From NCBI GenBank assembly GCA_044224875.1, contig JBGAJQ010000008.1:1-60010 (forward strand): a DNA stretch of 60,010 nucleotides. Reading direction: 5' to 3'. The DNA is from Gemmatimonadaceae bacterium. Its GTDB lineage: Bacteria; Gemmatimonadota; Gemmatimonadetes; Gemmatimonadales; Gemmatimonadaceae. The position numbers and the translations under genes are program-made. Shown here piece after piece: positions 18,313 to 28,715 of this stretch; the first letter of the stretch is position 1; each line of letters starts with the position of its first letter. A model generated the notes under the pieces. The model saw only the letters and a list, made by a program, of their open reading frames with translations, ran no database searches and was not told the DNA's origin.

Positions 18313-19092
18313 GTGAATCCGCTGCTCGCTGTCGCTCCGCCTCGTCGCCTCGTCATCGGGCATCGTGGCAACTCCCGGCACGCTCCAGAAAACACCATGG
18401 AGTCGTTCCGGCAAGCAGTCGCGTTAGGCGTCGACGCCTTGGAGTTTGACGTCCACCTCACACGTGACGGACGCGCCGTCGTTATGCACGATCCCTCGCT
18501 GGATCGCACCACCAGCGGGACGGGGCGCGTCGCCGACCTGACACTGGACGAAATACGCCGGTTGGACGCCGGGGCGCGATTCACCACGGATGGCGGCTTG
18601 TCCTTCCCCTACGTCGGCCGCGGCGTTGTCGCCCCGACGCTGGAGGATGTGCTCACCGAGTTCCCGTCCCTACCACTGATCATCGAAATCAAGACTCCGA
18701 ACGCGTCCGCCGAAGTGCTGCGCGTGATTCGGGCACACGGCGCCGAGTCCCGGTGTGTGCCGTCGTCCTTCGTGGACCACGCCCTCGATGTCTTTCAGGG
18801 CACCGGAATCCCGATCGGCGCATCGCCCCAGCACATGCGCGAGTTGTTCTGGCCCGGTCTCCTGCGGCGGCCGGTAGGGCGAGTGCCATTCCAGCTGGTG
18901 AGCATGCCAACCGTCCATAAGGGATTGCCACTTCCGGTCGGCGGGTTCGCGCGTATCCTCGAACCGTTAGGCGTGCCCGTGCACGTCTGGACCATCGACG
19001 ACCCGCGGGTGGCACAGAGACTGTGGGGCAAGGGCGTCCGCGGGATCCTGACGAACGACCCCGCGGTCATGATCGAGGCCGCCGCCCGCTAG
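18313..19092 (+). CDS. Glycerophosphodiester phosphodiesterase family protein
   Basis: IGHRG, APENT, LEFDVHLTRDG, VMHD, IEIK, HVWTID and GILTNDP motifs. Confidence 0.93.
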   Translation: MNPLLAVAPPRRLVIGHRGNSRHAPENTMESFRQAVALGVDALEFDVHLTRDGRAVVMHDPSLDRTTSGTGRVADLTLDEIRRLDAGARFTTDGGLSFPYVGRGVVAPTLEDVLTEFPSLPLIIEIKTPNASAEVLRVIRAHGAESRCVPSSFVDHALDVFQGTGIPIGASPQHMRELFWPGLLRRPVGRVPFQLVSMPTVHKGLPLPVGGFARILEPLGVPVHVWTIDDPRVAQRLWGKGVRGILTNDPAVMIEAAAR

Positions 19093-19094
19093 CG

Positions 19095-19796
19095 CTACTG
19101 TCCGACGGCGTTCAATCCGACGGACTGCAGCTTGCCTGACGAGACAACGATCGAGTTGATCCCCGCCTGCGGGCCTAGTGTCCACCTCGCCTGCACTTCG
19201 CCAAGGGCATTGGTAAGACCCGAGGCTGGCGAGATGAGCCCGCCGCCCACGCTCACCTGAAAGGCGACGGCGATGCCCTTCATGGGTGTGTTGTTGTCCC
19301 CAACCACCCGAATGACGATCTGGTTAGGCAGGGCGGCGCCGGCCTTGGCAACCTGGTTGTTGCCCTGCGCCACGATCAATTCGGACGGTATGATCGCGAA
19401 GCCCGTGATCAACAGCGGTTCCAGCGACCCCACCATGGCCTTCAGCGTCTGCTGCACGTCCGTCGGGCCCAAGGTCCACTTCGTCTTCACTTCGCCGTTC
19501 TCATCGGTCAGTGCGCTGGCCGGTGACACTGCCCCACCGCCGCGCGCCACGATGAACCCAACCTGATACTTGGCGAGTGGCGCTCCGTCGGTGCCTAACA
19601 CGCGCACCACGATGGCATTGGGTAGTTCGGCGCCGCCTTGCGCTGACTGCTGGTCCCCTTGAACCAGAGACACCGTGCCTGGCGCCGAGGCGCCGGTTGC
19701 CGCCTTGCCACAGCCACTCACGCCAATGGCACCAGCCAGCAACAACGCGCGACAGGCGTTCAGCGAAAGTCGAATTGGAGGAAGGGATCGAAGCAT
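19095..19796 (-). CDS. Lipoprotein with two Ig-like (Big_1-type) domains
   Basis: Lipobox VSGC. Duplicated unit QG[D/N]xQ...LPN.IV.RV...GGG..SPAS.LT...GEV...WTLGP. Confidence 0.85.
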   Translation of the reverse strand: MLRSLPPIRLSLNACRALLLAGAIGVSGCGKAATGASAPGTVSLVQGDQQSAQGGAELPNAIVVRVLGTDGAPLAKYQVGFIVARGGGAVSPASALTDENGEVKTKWTLGPTDVQQTLKAMVGSLEPLLITGFAIIPSELIVAQGNNQVAKAGAALPNQIVIRVVGDNNTPMKGIAVAFQVSVGGGLISPASGLTNALGEVQARWTLGPQAGINSIVVSSGKLQSVGLNAVGQ

Positions 19797-19910
19797 GGCT
19801 GGGACGCGAAAGGACTCACGGCGGTGCAGGCTTGTCCCGGGTGCGCGACAAGCCGCACCCGAGCCCTGCGTCCCTGTTGAGTATCGGCAGCCCCCGCCCG
19901 ACCCTTCACC

Positions 19911-20450
19911 CTAATTTCCGACGACAGCCTCGCGCGCTGGCTCCGTCCCCATCGGACGGCCGCAGAGAGGCGCCAGCCGTGGCTCGGCTCCCAGCCAATA
20001 CAGGCCATTGGCCATGATGCAGTAGCCTGTCGCCGCGAACCAGACCATGGCCACGCCGACAAAACCCGTGAACAGCAGCCACCAGGCGCTGTGGACGAGC
20101 GAGAGTGTCGATGCGACCGTCAGGTTGATGCCGACCGCGAGGTAGATACGTCGCTCGAGGTACCAACTGTCGGTCATCATGAAATACGGTTGACCCGGTC
20201 GCCAGTCGGGATGTGCAAGGTTGGGGGTGAAGCCAAGGAGAGCGAGGATGTTTCCCACCACGCAGAAGCCGGTGAGTGACACGGCAATCGACGCCAGCGC
20301 GGTCGCTATCACCCCGAACACCCAGTACGGGTTGACCCGTACCGCCAACGTTGTGGACACCAGCAGGACGATCCCCGCGATGAGCCACACGGTCCGTTCG
20401 ATGTACCACCGATTGGTTGGTACGATGTAAACGCCGGAGCGGAACGCCAT
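19911..20450 (-). CDS. Tandem DUF2892/YgaP-like membrane protein
   Basis: Two repeats W-Y-[IL]-E-R...TG[FY]C..N.L..LG. GGAGG RBS before ATG 20450. Confidence 0.8.
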   Translation of the reverse strand: MAFRSGVYIVPTNRWYIERTVWLIAGIVLLVSTTLAVRVNPYWVFGVIATALASIAVSLTGFCVVGNILALLGFTPNLAHPDWRPGQPYFMMTDSWYLERRIYLAVGINLTVASTLSLVHSAWWLLFTGFVGVAMVWFAATGYCIMANGLYWLGAEPRLAPLCGRPMGTEPAREAVVGN

Positions 20451-20580
20451 GACGAAGCCTCCCGATGTGAGTGGAGTTGGTGGCGTCCTCAACTTGGAAG
20501 TGCCACGAATTCGGCACAAGCTCGGCGCGAAGTTGCATGTATTCCAGCGCGCCGTTGTGCGGCGGGAAGGGCTGTTGGAG

Positions 20581-21501
20581 TCAGCGCCGGATTCCCCGAA
20601 AGAACGCCCAGATCGTGGTGGAAGCGTCGATGTCCTTGCACATTCGGCCGATGAGCGCGCGCGGCAAGTACTGCGAACCGCTTGGCCAGGTGTGCCCTGC
20701 GCCAACCAGGCGATAGCGGATCACGGTCGGCGCGGCCCCCGAGTCCGCCCAGCGTTCCACCTGCACTCGGCAACCATCCTTGGGATCACGGTCCGGAAGC
20801 CACTCGCGTTGTGCGTCGCTCGTTAGGCCGTTCGCTCGCCGCCAGATAGACACCACGGAATCCGATGAGATGGTGGTGCCGCGGCGTCCCTTGAACACGC
20901 CGCCACCGCCATACGGAACCAGCGGATCGTCGGTCCCTTGCAGGATCAACACGCTCAGGGGATGGGCAGGACGCAGGGTGGACGCGACCTCCTGGCCGAT
21001 GCCGCCGGCAACCGGAGCGATTGCTGCCAGCCGGTCGCCGAGATGCGCACCAAGGAAGTTCGAAATGAATCCACCGTTCGACATCCCGGTGGCAAAGACC
21101 CTCGTGGCATCGATTCGCGTGTGACGGCTAATGGAGTCGAGCATGCCTCGCACGAACGCGACTTCATCCACGTGTTCCTCGTGGGCACGTGAGTTTCGGA
21201 CCGTTCGCCCGTCGTTCCACTGGTTCCCCACGCCTTGCGGGTAGACGACGACAAACGTGTCGCGGTCGGCCAGCGCCGTGAACCTCGTCTCTCGTTCAAT
21301 CTGACGGGCGGTTCCGCCGCCACCGTGGAAGACAAAGACCAGGGGGTAGCCGCCCGCTGGAGCCGTCGCACGCGGCACGTGGAGCCAGTACTCGCGTGTG
21401 CGATCCTCGACGCGGATCTGCTCGCGCGTGCTTTGGGACCACAGGGTGACCGGTAGCGCCAGGCAGGCCAGCACCGATTGAGATCGCATTCCCAGCCTCA
21501 T
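20581..21501 (-). CDS. Secreted PHB-depolymerase/LpqC-family esterase
   Basis: PLVFVFHGGGG, VVYPQG, nucleophile GMSNGG, GTDDPLVPY, GHTWP. ATGA overlap with epsI. Confidence 0.9.
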   Translation of the reverse strand: MRLGMRSQSVLACLALPVTLWSQSTREQIRVEDRTREYWLHVPRATAPAGGYPLVFVFHGGGGTARQIERETRFTALADRDTFVVVYPQGVGNQWNDGRTVRNSRAHEEHVDEVAFVRGMLDSISRHTRIDATRVFATGMSNGGFISNFLGAHLGDRLAAIAPVAGGIGQEVASTLRPAHPLSVLILQGTDDPLVPYGGGGVFKGRRGTTISSDSVVSIWRRANGLTSDAQREWLPDRDPKDGCRVQVERWADSGAAPTVIRYRLVGAGHTWPSGSQYLPRALIGRMCKDIDASTTIWAFFRGIRR

Positions 21502-22160
21502 GTGCGAGCATCCCAGCCTGGGAGCACTCGGCCGACAGCGGGCAGGACCTGTCGCGTGACCTGCTGCGCCAACGAGTCCGCTCGTGCCACCCGGTCGGAC
21601 CATTCGTTGGTTGCCATGCGGCTCCCGCGGATGGGCACCACGATGCGAACGAGCGCCTCTTCCGTGCGGCCTCGTGTGGCGGCGTCACGGAGCAGGTCCC
21701 ACTTCACTCGGTACTCGCTCCACGCCGTGCGTCCGCGTCCCTGATACCAGTAATACACGAGCGCCTGAGCGTCTCCGTTGGCGAGAAGGTAGCGGTTGAT
21801 CTTCGTCGAATCCACGATTGTTGGGGCTGACGACAAAACCTGCCAACCGGCCCCTGGCAGGCAATTGCGCGGTGAGTGAATCGTGCGTCCGGTGGTTTGG
21901 TTGTCGTAGTAGCCCACGTAGAGGGAGAAGGCTGGTTGGGAGTCCACCGCATAGACGCGGAAGAGGTAGTTGGTCATCCCCGCGACGCGGACAGATCCGC
22001 TGTCCACGGTGCGCTCAACGCCCTGGTAACCAGCGATGGATACGGGAACCTCCGCCAGGGGATGTAACAGGGACGTGGACGCTTGGCGTCTTGCTCCCTG
22101 AAGGCCTACCACACCGACCGCCAGCACGACGGCGGGAGCGAAACGGACGGCGTTACGCAT
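21498..22160 (-). CDS. epsI: Exosortase-associated EpsI family protein
   Basis: LYVGYY..Q...IHSPRNCLPGAGW, VYYWYQGRGR, ALVRI. Directly follows the exosortase. Confidence 0.9.
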   Translation of the reverse strand: MRNAVRFAPAVVLAVGVVGLQGARRQASTSLLHPLAEVPVSIAGYQGVERTVDSGSVRVAGMTNYLFRVYAVDSQPAFSLYVGYYDNQTTGRTIHSPRNCLPGAGWQVLSSAPTIVDSTKINRYLLANGDAQALVYYWYQGRGRTAWSEYRVKWDLLRDAATRGRTEEALVRIVVPIRGSRMATNEWSDRVARADSLAQQVTRQVLPAVGRVLPGWDART

Positions 22161-23031
22161 TCGCTACCAACCTCCGGCGATGCTCCACCCGAGAAAGAAG
22201 CCATCCCGCGCCCGCCAACGCCGCAAAGGCGACGATGAACATCAACCACCCTTCGGTTAGGTGCATGAATCCTTCGGCCAGGCGCGGATCGGAGAAGACG
22301 ACGAGGAAGCCCGTGAGGAAGACCCGAAGTCCGTTCAGCAGCACGGCGATCGGCAGGGCCAACAGCAGGAGCACGACGCGAGTGGGCGCTCGCGTGAGCC
22401 AAAGACCGCCGATCAACACCGCCAGACTCAACAAGGCTGTCATCGACCGGAGACCGGAACATGCCTCGGTCACGAACAACTCGCGCCCTGGAAGGCGAAT
22501 GACGTTTCCATCCAGGCGCACCGGGACGCCACGAAGATCCAACAGTGCCGCCCCCAATCGCGACGCCTGCAACTGCAGCGGCAGGGCCAGGGACCCGGTG
22601 ATGATTTCGGGAAGGGGGACCGACAAGACAATCAGGGCCACCGGAAGCCACCAATGCCGCAGCTGGCGCAGCCCCCAGACGTAGACCACGAGACCGCCCA
22701 AGCACATGAGGAGCGCAACCCGACCCACGAACGCGTCCGCCGCCAGTGCCCCAACCAGTCGAAGCGCGACGCCCGCGCCTATCGCAATGAATCCCAGCAG
22801 GCGCTGCGGTCGCGCCTCCGCCACCAGACCCCGCCGCCACGCCAACCACACACCCAGGGGTGCGAGCAAGAGTCCGTGACCCGCCTCAGGATCTTGCCAC
22901 CATGCGCGCGCCACACCGGCCATTGGCTCGGCGAAGAGCACGAGAAAGAGCCCGGCGGTCAACGCCAGCTCCAAGGCCGCGCGCCGGTCGAGCGAAGCGC
23001 CGAATCGCGCCGCTCCGAGAGTACCCGTCAT
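22153..23031 (-). CDS. Exosortase (EpsH family)
   Basis: HGLL in the N-terminal part. Cys-Arg-His triad in VTEACSGLRS, LLNGLR and FMHLTEG. About 8 TM helices. Confidence 0.92.
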   Translation of the reverse strand: MTGTLGAARFGASLDRRAALELALTAGLFLVLFAEPMAGVARAWWQDPEAGHGLLLAPLGVWLAWRRGLVAEARPQRLLGFIAIGAGVALRLVGALAADAFVGRVALLMCLGGLVVYVWGLRQLRHWWLPVALIVLSVPLPEIITGSLALPLQLQASRLGAALLDLRGVPVRLDGNVIRLPGRELFVTEACSGLRSMTALLSLAVLIGGLWLTRAPTRVVLLLLALPIAVLLNGLRVFLTGFLVVFSDPRLAEGFMHLTEGWLMFIVAFAALAGAGWLLSRVEHRRRLVANA

Positions 23032-23316
23032 GTGGTGACAAAGGGCCGGCGCGTCGACCGGACCTCCGCGATCCGAACTCGAGCCACCGCATCCTTGAAT
23101 TCGGCGGTCATGCGAGGTGGAGAGACCGGCGCGTCGAACGTCGTCGCCGGCAACATTCGAATTCTCCAATACTTACCGCGCACGCCTGCTCACTGCTACG
23201 AAAAGCACGACAGGTGGACCAGTTGGAGTGTGAGGTTTCCGGGTGACAGCGGTCGATACTCGCAGGAGCGTGACGGACATTCCGTCCGCGTTTCGCCCCG
23301 GCTGCCCCTGAATTAC

Positions 23317-24660
23317 ATGCTGAACCTGCGGACCTCAACCGCCCCGAACAGGGCGCCGACGACACAACCGCTGGTTCATGAAGCACTGGCGACGACGCCT
23401 GAGGGGCTGCCGTCGGCCGCCGCCGAGGCCACGGGGTCCAACGCTCCTCGGCCGGCACAAGTGTCGGCGTCGCGGTTAGGCACGGCGCTCCTTGTCTACA
23501 TGCTCGGCGTGACACTCATCATCACGCTGCTGCCATTCCAGTTCACGTGGCCGAGTCATTTGCGCGTGATGTGGACTGGCGATGCGATGGATGTTGTGGC
23601 GAATGTGCTGCTCTTTGTCCCGCTCGGCCTGTTGTACCGTATTGCGACCCACCTGTCCACGCGGCACGCGGTGATGCGCGCGCTCGCGGCAGGCCTGCTG
23701 GTCAGCATGGGGATCGAGGCGCTGCAGCTGTTTGAGGCCGAGCGATACACGTCGGTGCTGGACGTTGCCACGAACGGTCTTGGGGCCATTGCCGGTGCGG
23801 TGATTTTCGATCGACTGGCGCAACGGCGTTCGCTGGATGCTCGGTGGATTGGCCGACTGTTTCTCGAACTGCCGCTGATGGGGCTGATCTACCTCACCGT
23901 TCCGCTGCTCTGGCTGTCAGCCCTGGTGGCGACCGTCACGCCCGACTGGGCATGGATTGCGTTGCCCCTGGCGGCGTTTGGCGGGATGTTGCTCGGGGGT
24001 ACGTTGCGGCACATGAACGTGTATCGGGGGTCGCCCATCGGCGCTGGACGTTTGGCGGGGTATGCGGCCGCCGGTGTTGGCGTCGGGATGTTTCCGGCCA
24101 TCGCTCGCGCCCCGCTGGCGATTGGTGCCAGTGCGGTTACCGCCTTCGTGGTCACGCGGCTGGCGGCGGCGCCTGGCACCCGGCGACCGGTGTGGAATCG
24201 GCGTTTCGAGGTACCCGTCCTGCGGTCGGGCGCGCCGTTCTACGCCATCTTCATTGGCCTGTTGATCGTGTTGCCACTGCTGAATGGCGTGGCGCCGTTC
24301 TCGTTAGGCGTTGGCTTTTCCGGCACGGCTGGGACGTGGGACAAGGCGGAGATTCTCCGGTTCCTGTTGCGCGTGGCGGGGGTCACCTTGCTGGGCTACA
24401 TGGTGGCGGAGTACCGAGGCCGCGAGGAGAAGCGCTGGAAGGATGCCCTGCCCCGGATGTTGCACTGGACGCTCGTGACAGCCACGTGTGTCGAATGCGC
24501 CATGGGTTATCGCGCTGGGCGCGGCGCCAGCATCGCACAGTGGAGCCTGTTGGTGCTGTCGGGGCTGTACGGTGGATGGCTATATCGGTTGCAGCGTGAC
24601 TACGTGGTGACGCTGCTCGATGCGTCCGACCCGCAAGAGGCCGCCCCTACGGAGCTATGA
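23317..24660 (+). CDS. VanZ-like domain polytopic membrane protein
   Basis: TLLPF, DVVANVLLFVPLG, IEALQLF...RYTSVLDVATNGLG. Start is uncertain; the ORF-track extension to 22261 is an antisense shadow. Confidence 0.85.
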   Translation: MLNLRTSTAPNRAPTTQPLVHEALATTPEGLPSAAAEATGSNAPRPAQVSASRLGTALLVYMLGVTLIITLLPFQFTWPSHLRVMWTGDAMDVVANVLLFVPLGLLYRIATHLSTRHAVMRALAAGLLVSMGIEALQLFEAERYTSVLDVATNGLGAIAGAVIFDRLAQRRSLDARWIGRLFLELPLMGLIYLTVPLLWLSALVATVTPDWAWIALPLAAFGGMLLGGTLRHMNVYRGSPIGAGRLAGYAAAGVGVGMFPAIARAPLAIGASAVTAFVVTRLAAAPGTRRPVWNRRFEVPVLRSGAPFYAIFIGLLIVLPLLNGVAPFSLGVGFSGTAGTWDKAEILRFLLRVAGVTLLGYMVAEYRGREEKRWKDALPRMLHWTLVTATCVECAMGYRAGRGASIAQWSLLVLSGLYGGWLYRLQRDYVVTLLDASDPQEAAPTEL

Positions 24661-25446
24661 CGCCGTTCGCGCAGCGCCAGGCCCTGGGTTGACCCTGCCT
24701 TCGAAGGCACTCGGGTTCGCGGCTCGCGTACCCGATGGTCGCGCCCTGCACGTCGACGGGATGATGTTCGTCAGGGAATCCACCTTCGTCACGTAGATCG
24801 AGCGCAAATACTTCGGCGGCTTCGCAACAGGCGCCGGCTTTTTACCCGGCGTTTTCGCCGTGACCGGCGCAGGCGCCGCTGGCTTCACGACGGTGGCGGT
24901 GAAGACCGCGTATACGGGTGTGTTGACTCCGCGCACGATGAATCGCATCCGCTCGATCAACAGGTAGCGCGCTTCAGTCGTTGCCTCCACGTGGTACTGC
25001 GCGGTGTCGCCGCAGGGAACAAAGAAATCGCCGGAGTCACTCAAGGCGTATAAGCCACGCAACCGCTTGGGGGGCTCTTCTTCCGTCAGCGCCACGTGGC
25101 GGCGTGGGGAGACCAACTTGAAAAACTCGCCCATCCGGCGGCGCAACGACTTGTCTTCCTTTTCCCCACCCGGGCCCGCGTCGCTGCGCCGCGTCAGAGG
25201 CGCGTTGTTCGTATTCCCCTTGCCGGGCCCACCCTTCGGCAGCGCAACCGCCTTGTTCTTGCTCGCGTAGGCATCGGCCACCGCCTTCATCTGAGCCGAG
25301 CCTTGATCCTGTCTCTCGCCCTTGTCGAGCCGCCCAATGCCGCACGCCGACACGAACGCAACAAGCGCCGCCGCGACCGTCAGGCGTTGCAGCCCGCGGG
25401 AGCGTAGCGATTTTGACTGCTCAGTTCGTGAAGACAACCGTACCAT
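24655..25446 (-). CDS. Hypothetical lipoprotein, possible NlpE C-terminal-like OB domain
   Basis: Lipobox VSAC. LRGLYALSDSGDFFVPCG resembles NlpE_C-type domains (weak). Confidence 0.65.
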   Translation of the reverse strand: MVRLSSRTEQSKSLRSRGLQRLTVAAALVAFVSACGIGRLDKGERQDQGSAQMKAVADAYASKNKAVALPKGGPGKGNTNNAPLTRRSDAGPGGEKEDKSLRRRMGEFFKLVSPRRHVALTEEEPPKRLRGLYALSDSGDFFVPCGDTAQYHVEATTEARYLLIERMRFIVRGVNTPVYAVFTATVVKPAAPAPVTAKTPGKKPAPVAKPPKYLRSIYVTKVDSLTNIIPSTCRARPSGTRAANPSAFEGRVNPGPGAARTAS

Positions 25447-25836
25447 TTCTTACACGCCTCAGGATTTCGCCTTTCTCACGTCCCGCGCCTCTCACACAGA
25501 GGACAAGCCCGCTCGCCGCTAGCGATTATGTAACCTAAAGCGGCGTTGTTGACCTTCGCATCCCTGTAGCATTGGCGCGGCACCCTTGGAAAGCTCGGAT
25601 CTCCGGCGACCGTCTGTGCCGCACCCCACCACTCGTCTCCCGCTCCGGCGACGTACAACTCCCCTTCCTCCCCTCACTTAGGACGACCCTGGAGGGACTC
25701 GGGTCTCGATTTCACATCCAACACGTCGGCTGGGCTCCATGACCTTTTACGAACTAACGTCGCTCGCTGTAGATTGGCCCGCCCAACCGGCCCGTAGCAC
25801 CTAACCACAAGCCAGCGATAAGCGCTCGAACCGCCC

Positions 25837-26985
25837 GTGCCACCATCCCCCTCAAAGATCCGCGTCGGCGTCCTGGGAGCGGGCGCTTGGGCCAACTTCG
25901 CTCACATCCCCGGATTTCAGCGCGACACCCGGTGCGAGGTTGTAGCGATCGCCGATCCCCAGCGTGCCCTAGCTGACGAGGCCGCAAGGAAGTTCGGGAT
26001 TCCATCGGTCTATTACTCCCATGAGGAACTGATCGGGCGCGCGGACATCGATCTCGTTGATGTCTGCACGCCCTCCGCCACCCATTTTGAGCTGGCGTGG
26101 CAGGCGCTCAGTGCCGGGAAGCATGTGCTCTGCGAGAAGCCGGTAGCATTCGACTACCGTGAGACGCTGCGTGCGCACGCCCTCGCCAAGTCGCGAAAAC
26201 TCAAGACCAAACTCGGTTTCACGTTCCGGTACGCGCCGGCGATGCGCTACATGAAGCACCTGATCGATCAGGGCTACATCGGGGAGCCATTCATCTTCAA
26301 CGGCTACGAACAGAACTCCCAGTGGCTGGATCCATCCAACCCGCTGCGTCAGGTCGACGTGAACGCCGATCACACGGTGCTGCAGGTGTCGTCCCTCGAG
26401 GGGTACGGCGCGCCAATCATCGATATCGGCATGTGGATGGTCGGGAGTCAGTACCGGGACGTCGTGGGGACCATGCGCAACTTCATTCCCGAGCGTATGG
26501 TCCGCGGCTTCCCGTCGCCCCTGCGCATGAACATCGACGACGGTGACATCTTCATTGGCGAGTTTGCCAACGGCGCGTTAGGCAGCGTGCAGACGAGCTT
26601 TGTGACGGTCGGGAATTATCCGGGTATCGAGGCCCGCGTCTACGGGCGCGAGGGGGCGCTCATCTGTCGTTTAGTGGAGGAGTTCGGCATCTGCGAGGTG
26701 TTGCGCGGCGCCAAACCCGATGCCGTGGAGTTTGTGCCGATCGAAGTTCCTGCGGCGTTCTACCCGCCCGGCGGCAGCCCGCGTGAGAGCTGGCGGACAC
26801 TCTTCTACGCCAACCTGGTTTCGTCGTTTGTCGGTGAAGTGCTGAGCGATCAGGACACCGCGCAGGGTGACTTTCTGGACGGCGCGCGCGTGCAGGAGGT
26901 CATCAACGCCGTCGAGCTGTCGTTCCGCGAGCGGCGCTGGGTGTCAATGCCGCTCGACGCCTCCGCGTCCACCGCGCGCACATGA
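25837..26985 (+). CDS. Gfo/Idh/MocA family oxidoreductase
   Basis: IRVGVLGAG Rossmann fold, VCTPSATH, GKHVLCEKP. Confidence 0.95.
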   Translation: MPPSPSKIRVGVLGAGAWANFAHIPGFQRDTRCEVVAIADPQRALADEAARKFGIPSVYYSHEELIGRADIDLVDVCTPSATHFELAWQALSAGKHVLCEKPVAFDYRETLRAHALAKSRKLKTKLGFTFRYAPAMRYMKHLIDQGYIGEPFIFNGYEQNSQWLDPSNPLRQVDVNADHTVLQVSSLEGYGAPIIDIGMWMVGSQYRDVVGTMRNFIPERMVRGFPSPLRMNIDDGDIFIGEFANGALGSVQTSFVTVGNYPGIEARVYGREGALICRLVEEFGICEVLRGAKPDAVEFVPIEVPAAFYPPGGSPRESWRTLFYANLVSSFVGEVLSDQDTAQGDFLDGARVQEVINAVELSFRERRWVSMPLDASASTART

Positions 26986-28715
26986 GCGACCCAACGCGTC
27001 GGGCCGATGACGATGCGTTGCGGCGCGCGCTCGACGCGTTCTTTGCTTCCTATTACCGCGTGCGCCCAGTGAACGCGACGTTCACCGGCGTTCACACACA
27101 TGACGGCGCTTATCCCGACTGGTCGCCCGCTGGAGTGGAACAGACGCGGGGCGACATGCGAGGGTTGCGCGAACGGCTGGCGCAGGCGGCGGGACCGGCG
27201 TTAGGTACACTGGGCGACGGTGCGATGCCCGACTGGCTACTGGTCGATGCGACACTCGCCGACGCCTTCCTCGAGATCCAGTTGCGCGAGCTCGGCGGGT
27301 TCCACATGCAGCGTGGCAACCCGTCGCTCGTCGTCGGCGAGGCGGCGTTCGGACTCATCTCGCTCATCACACGCCCCTTTGCTCCCGCGATCGAGCGCGC
27401 GCAGTCCCTCACGGCTCGCCTGCGCGCGCTGCCGGAGTTCCTGCATGGCGCGCAGCAGACGCTGTCCGGTGGCGCCCTTCGAACGGCGTGGTGTGACAAG
27501 GCCCAACGCGAGATGGACGGCCTGAGGGTGCTGCTGGCGAGTGGAGTGCGGCGCTGGGTGGCCGCCGAGGTGGCCGACGCGCACATCGGAGCCCAGACGC
27601 TGGAAGCCACGCGTGGAGCCGCTGAGGCGGTGGACCAGTTCGCGCAATGGCTCGCTCGGGCGGCGCGGGATCCGTCTCCCTCATACGGGTGCGGCCGCGA
27701 GATGCTCGCGCTGCTTCTGAGCCGGGGACACTGGTATCGCGGCGACCTGGACGCGCTCCGTCGTCAGCTGCGTACGCGACTGACCGAGGAGCAAGGTCGA
27801 CTGGCGGACCGCGCGCATCACGAGCACCCCGATGGCTGGATCGGCGTTCAGGCGGAGTTGGCGCTGCGCCACCCCGGCTCCGACAGCTACTACGACGCAT
27901 TCACGCGTACGTGGCAGGACTGCCACGCGATGGCGACGGCGCGCGATCTCGTGACCTGGCCCGACTACCCAATTCGCTACGTGCCGATCCCGGAGTGGAC
28001 GCGCGACGCCGCGCCGTACTTGTACTACCTGTATTACCGCTCCCCCGCGACGTTCGATCAGCTGCAACCCGTCGAATATGTCGTCACCCCGATCGAGGCG
28101 ATACCCACCGACGAAGCCAAGCTTCGCCACCTGCGCGCCTGGAATGACTCCGTGATCAAGCTCAATCACGTGGTCCATCACGGCGCGATCGGGCATCACG
28201 TACAGAACTGGTATGCGTATCGCGCACCGTCGCGGATTGCCCAAGTCGCCGCGATCGACTGCGCCAGCCGCATCGGCATGTTCTGCGGCGGCACCATGGC
28301 CGAGGGGTGGGCGTGCTACGCGACAGACCTCATGGACGAAGTCGGCTTTTTGACGCCGTATGAGTCGGTCGCCGAGCAGCATACGCGCGTCCGCCTGCTG
28401 GCGCGAGCGATCGTCGACCTGGAACTCCATGGCGGCCTCATGTCGTTGTCAGACGCCGAAGCGTTCTACGGCGCGGAGGTCGGCATGTCGCCAGAGGCCG
28501 CCCGTGGCGAAGCGCTCAAGAACAGCATGTTTCCCGGCACGGCGTCCATGTACTGGCTGGGCACGCAGGGGATTCACGAGCTGCGGGCCGAGGTCGCTCG
28601 GCGACTTGGCTCCAGCCGGTTTTCACTCCGCACTTTCCACGACTCGCTCCTGTCGAAGGGTGCCATTCCGGTCCCCGTGTCCGCCGAGCTTCTGCTGCGC
28701 CACGCTTCGGCGTGA
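26982..28715 (+). CDS. DUF885 family protein
   Basis: PVNATFTGVH, VHHGAIGHHVQ, EGWACYA, RAIVDLELH, PGTASMYWLG, FHDSLL. Confidence 0.88.
   Translation: MSDPTRRADDDALRRALDAFFASYYRVRPVNATFTGVHTHDGAYPDWSPAGVEQTRGDMRGLRERLAQAAGPALGTLGDGAMPDWLLVDATLADAFLEIQLRELGGFHMQRGNPSLVVGEAAFGLISLITRPFAPAIERAQSLTARLRALPEFLHGAQQTLSGGALRTAWCDKAQREMDGLRVLLASGVRRWVAAEVADAHIGAQTLEATRGAAEAVDQFAQWLARAARDPSPSYGCGREMLALLLSRGHWYRGDLDALRRQLRTRLTEEQGRLADRAHHEHPDGWIGVQAELALRHPGSDSYYDAFTRTWQDCHAMATARDLVTWPDYPIRYVPIPEWTRDAAPYLYYLYYRSPATFDQLQPVEYVVTPIEAIPTDEAKLRHLRAWNDSVIKLNHVVHHGAIGHHVQNWYAYRAPSRIAQVAAIDCASRIGMFCGGTMAEGWACYATDLMDEVGFLTPYESVAEQHTRVRLLARAIVDLELHGGLMSLSDAEAFYGAEVGMSPEAARGEALKNSMFPGTASMYWLGTQGIHELRAEVARRLGSSRFSLRTFHDSLLSKGAIPVPVSAELLLRHASA

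Noticed and set aside
22261..23316. 799-aa ORF suggesting a long N-terminal extension on the VanZ-like protein
   Set aside because: The extension is mostly the antisense shadow of the exosortase gene and has Arg/Gln/Pro-rich non-protein-like composition. VanZ similarity begins only after about 23460.
25447..25836. 390-bp divergent intergenic region as a possible riboswitch or sRNA
   Set aside because: I recognised no riboswitch consensus or strong structure by eye. An Rfam scan would be needed.
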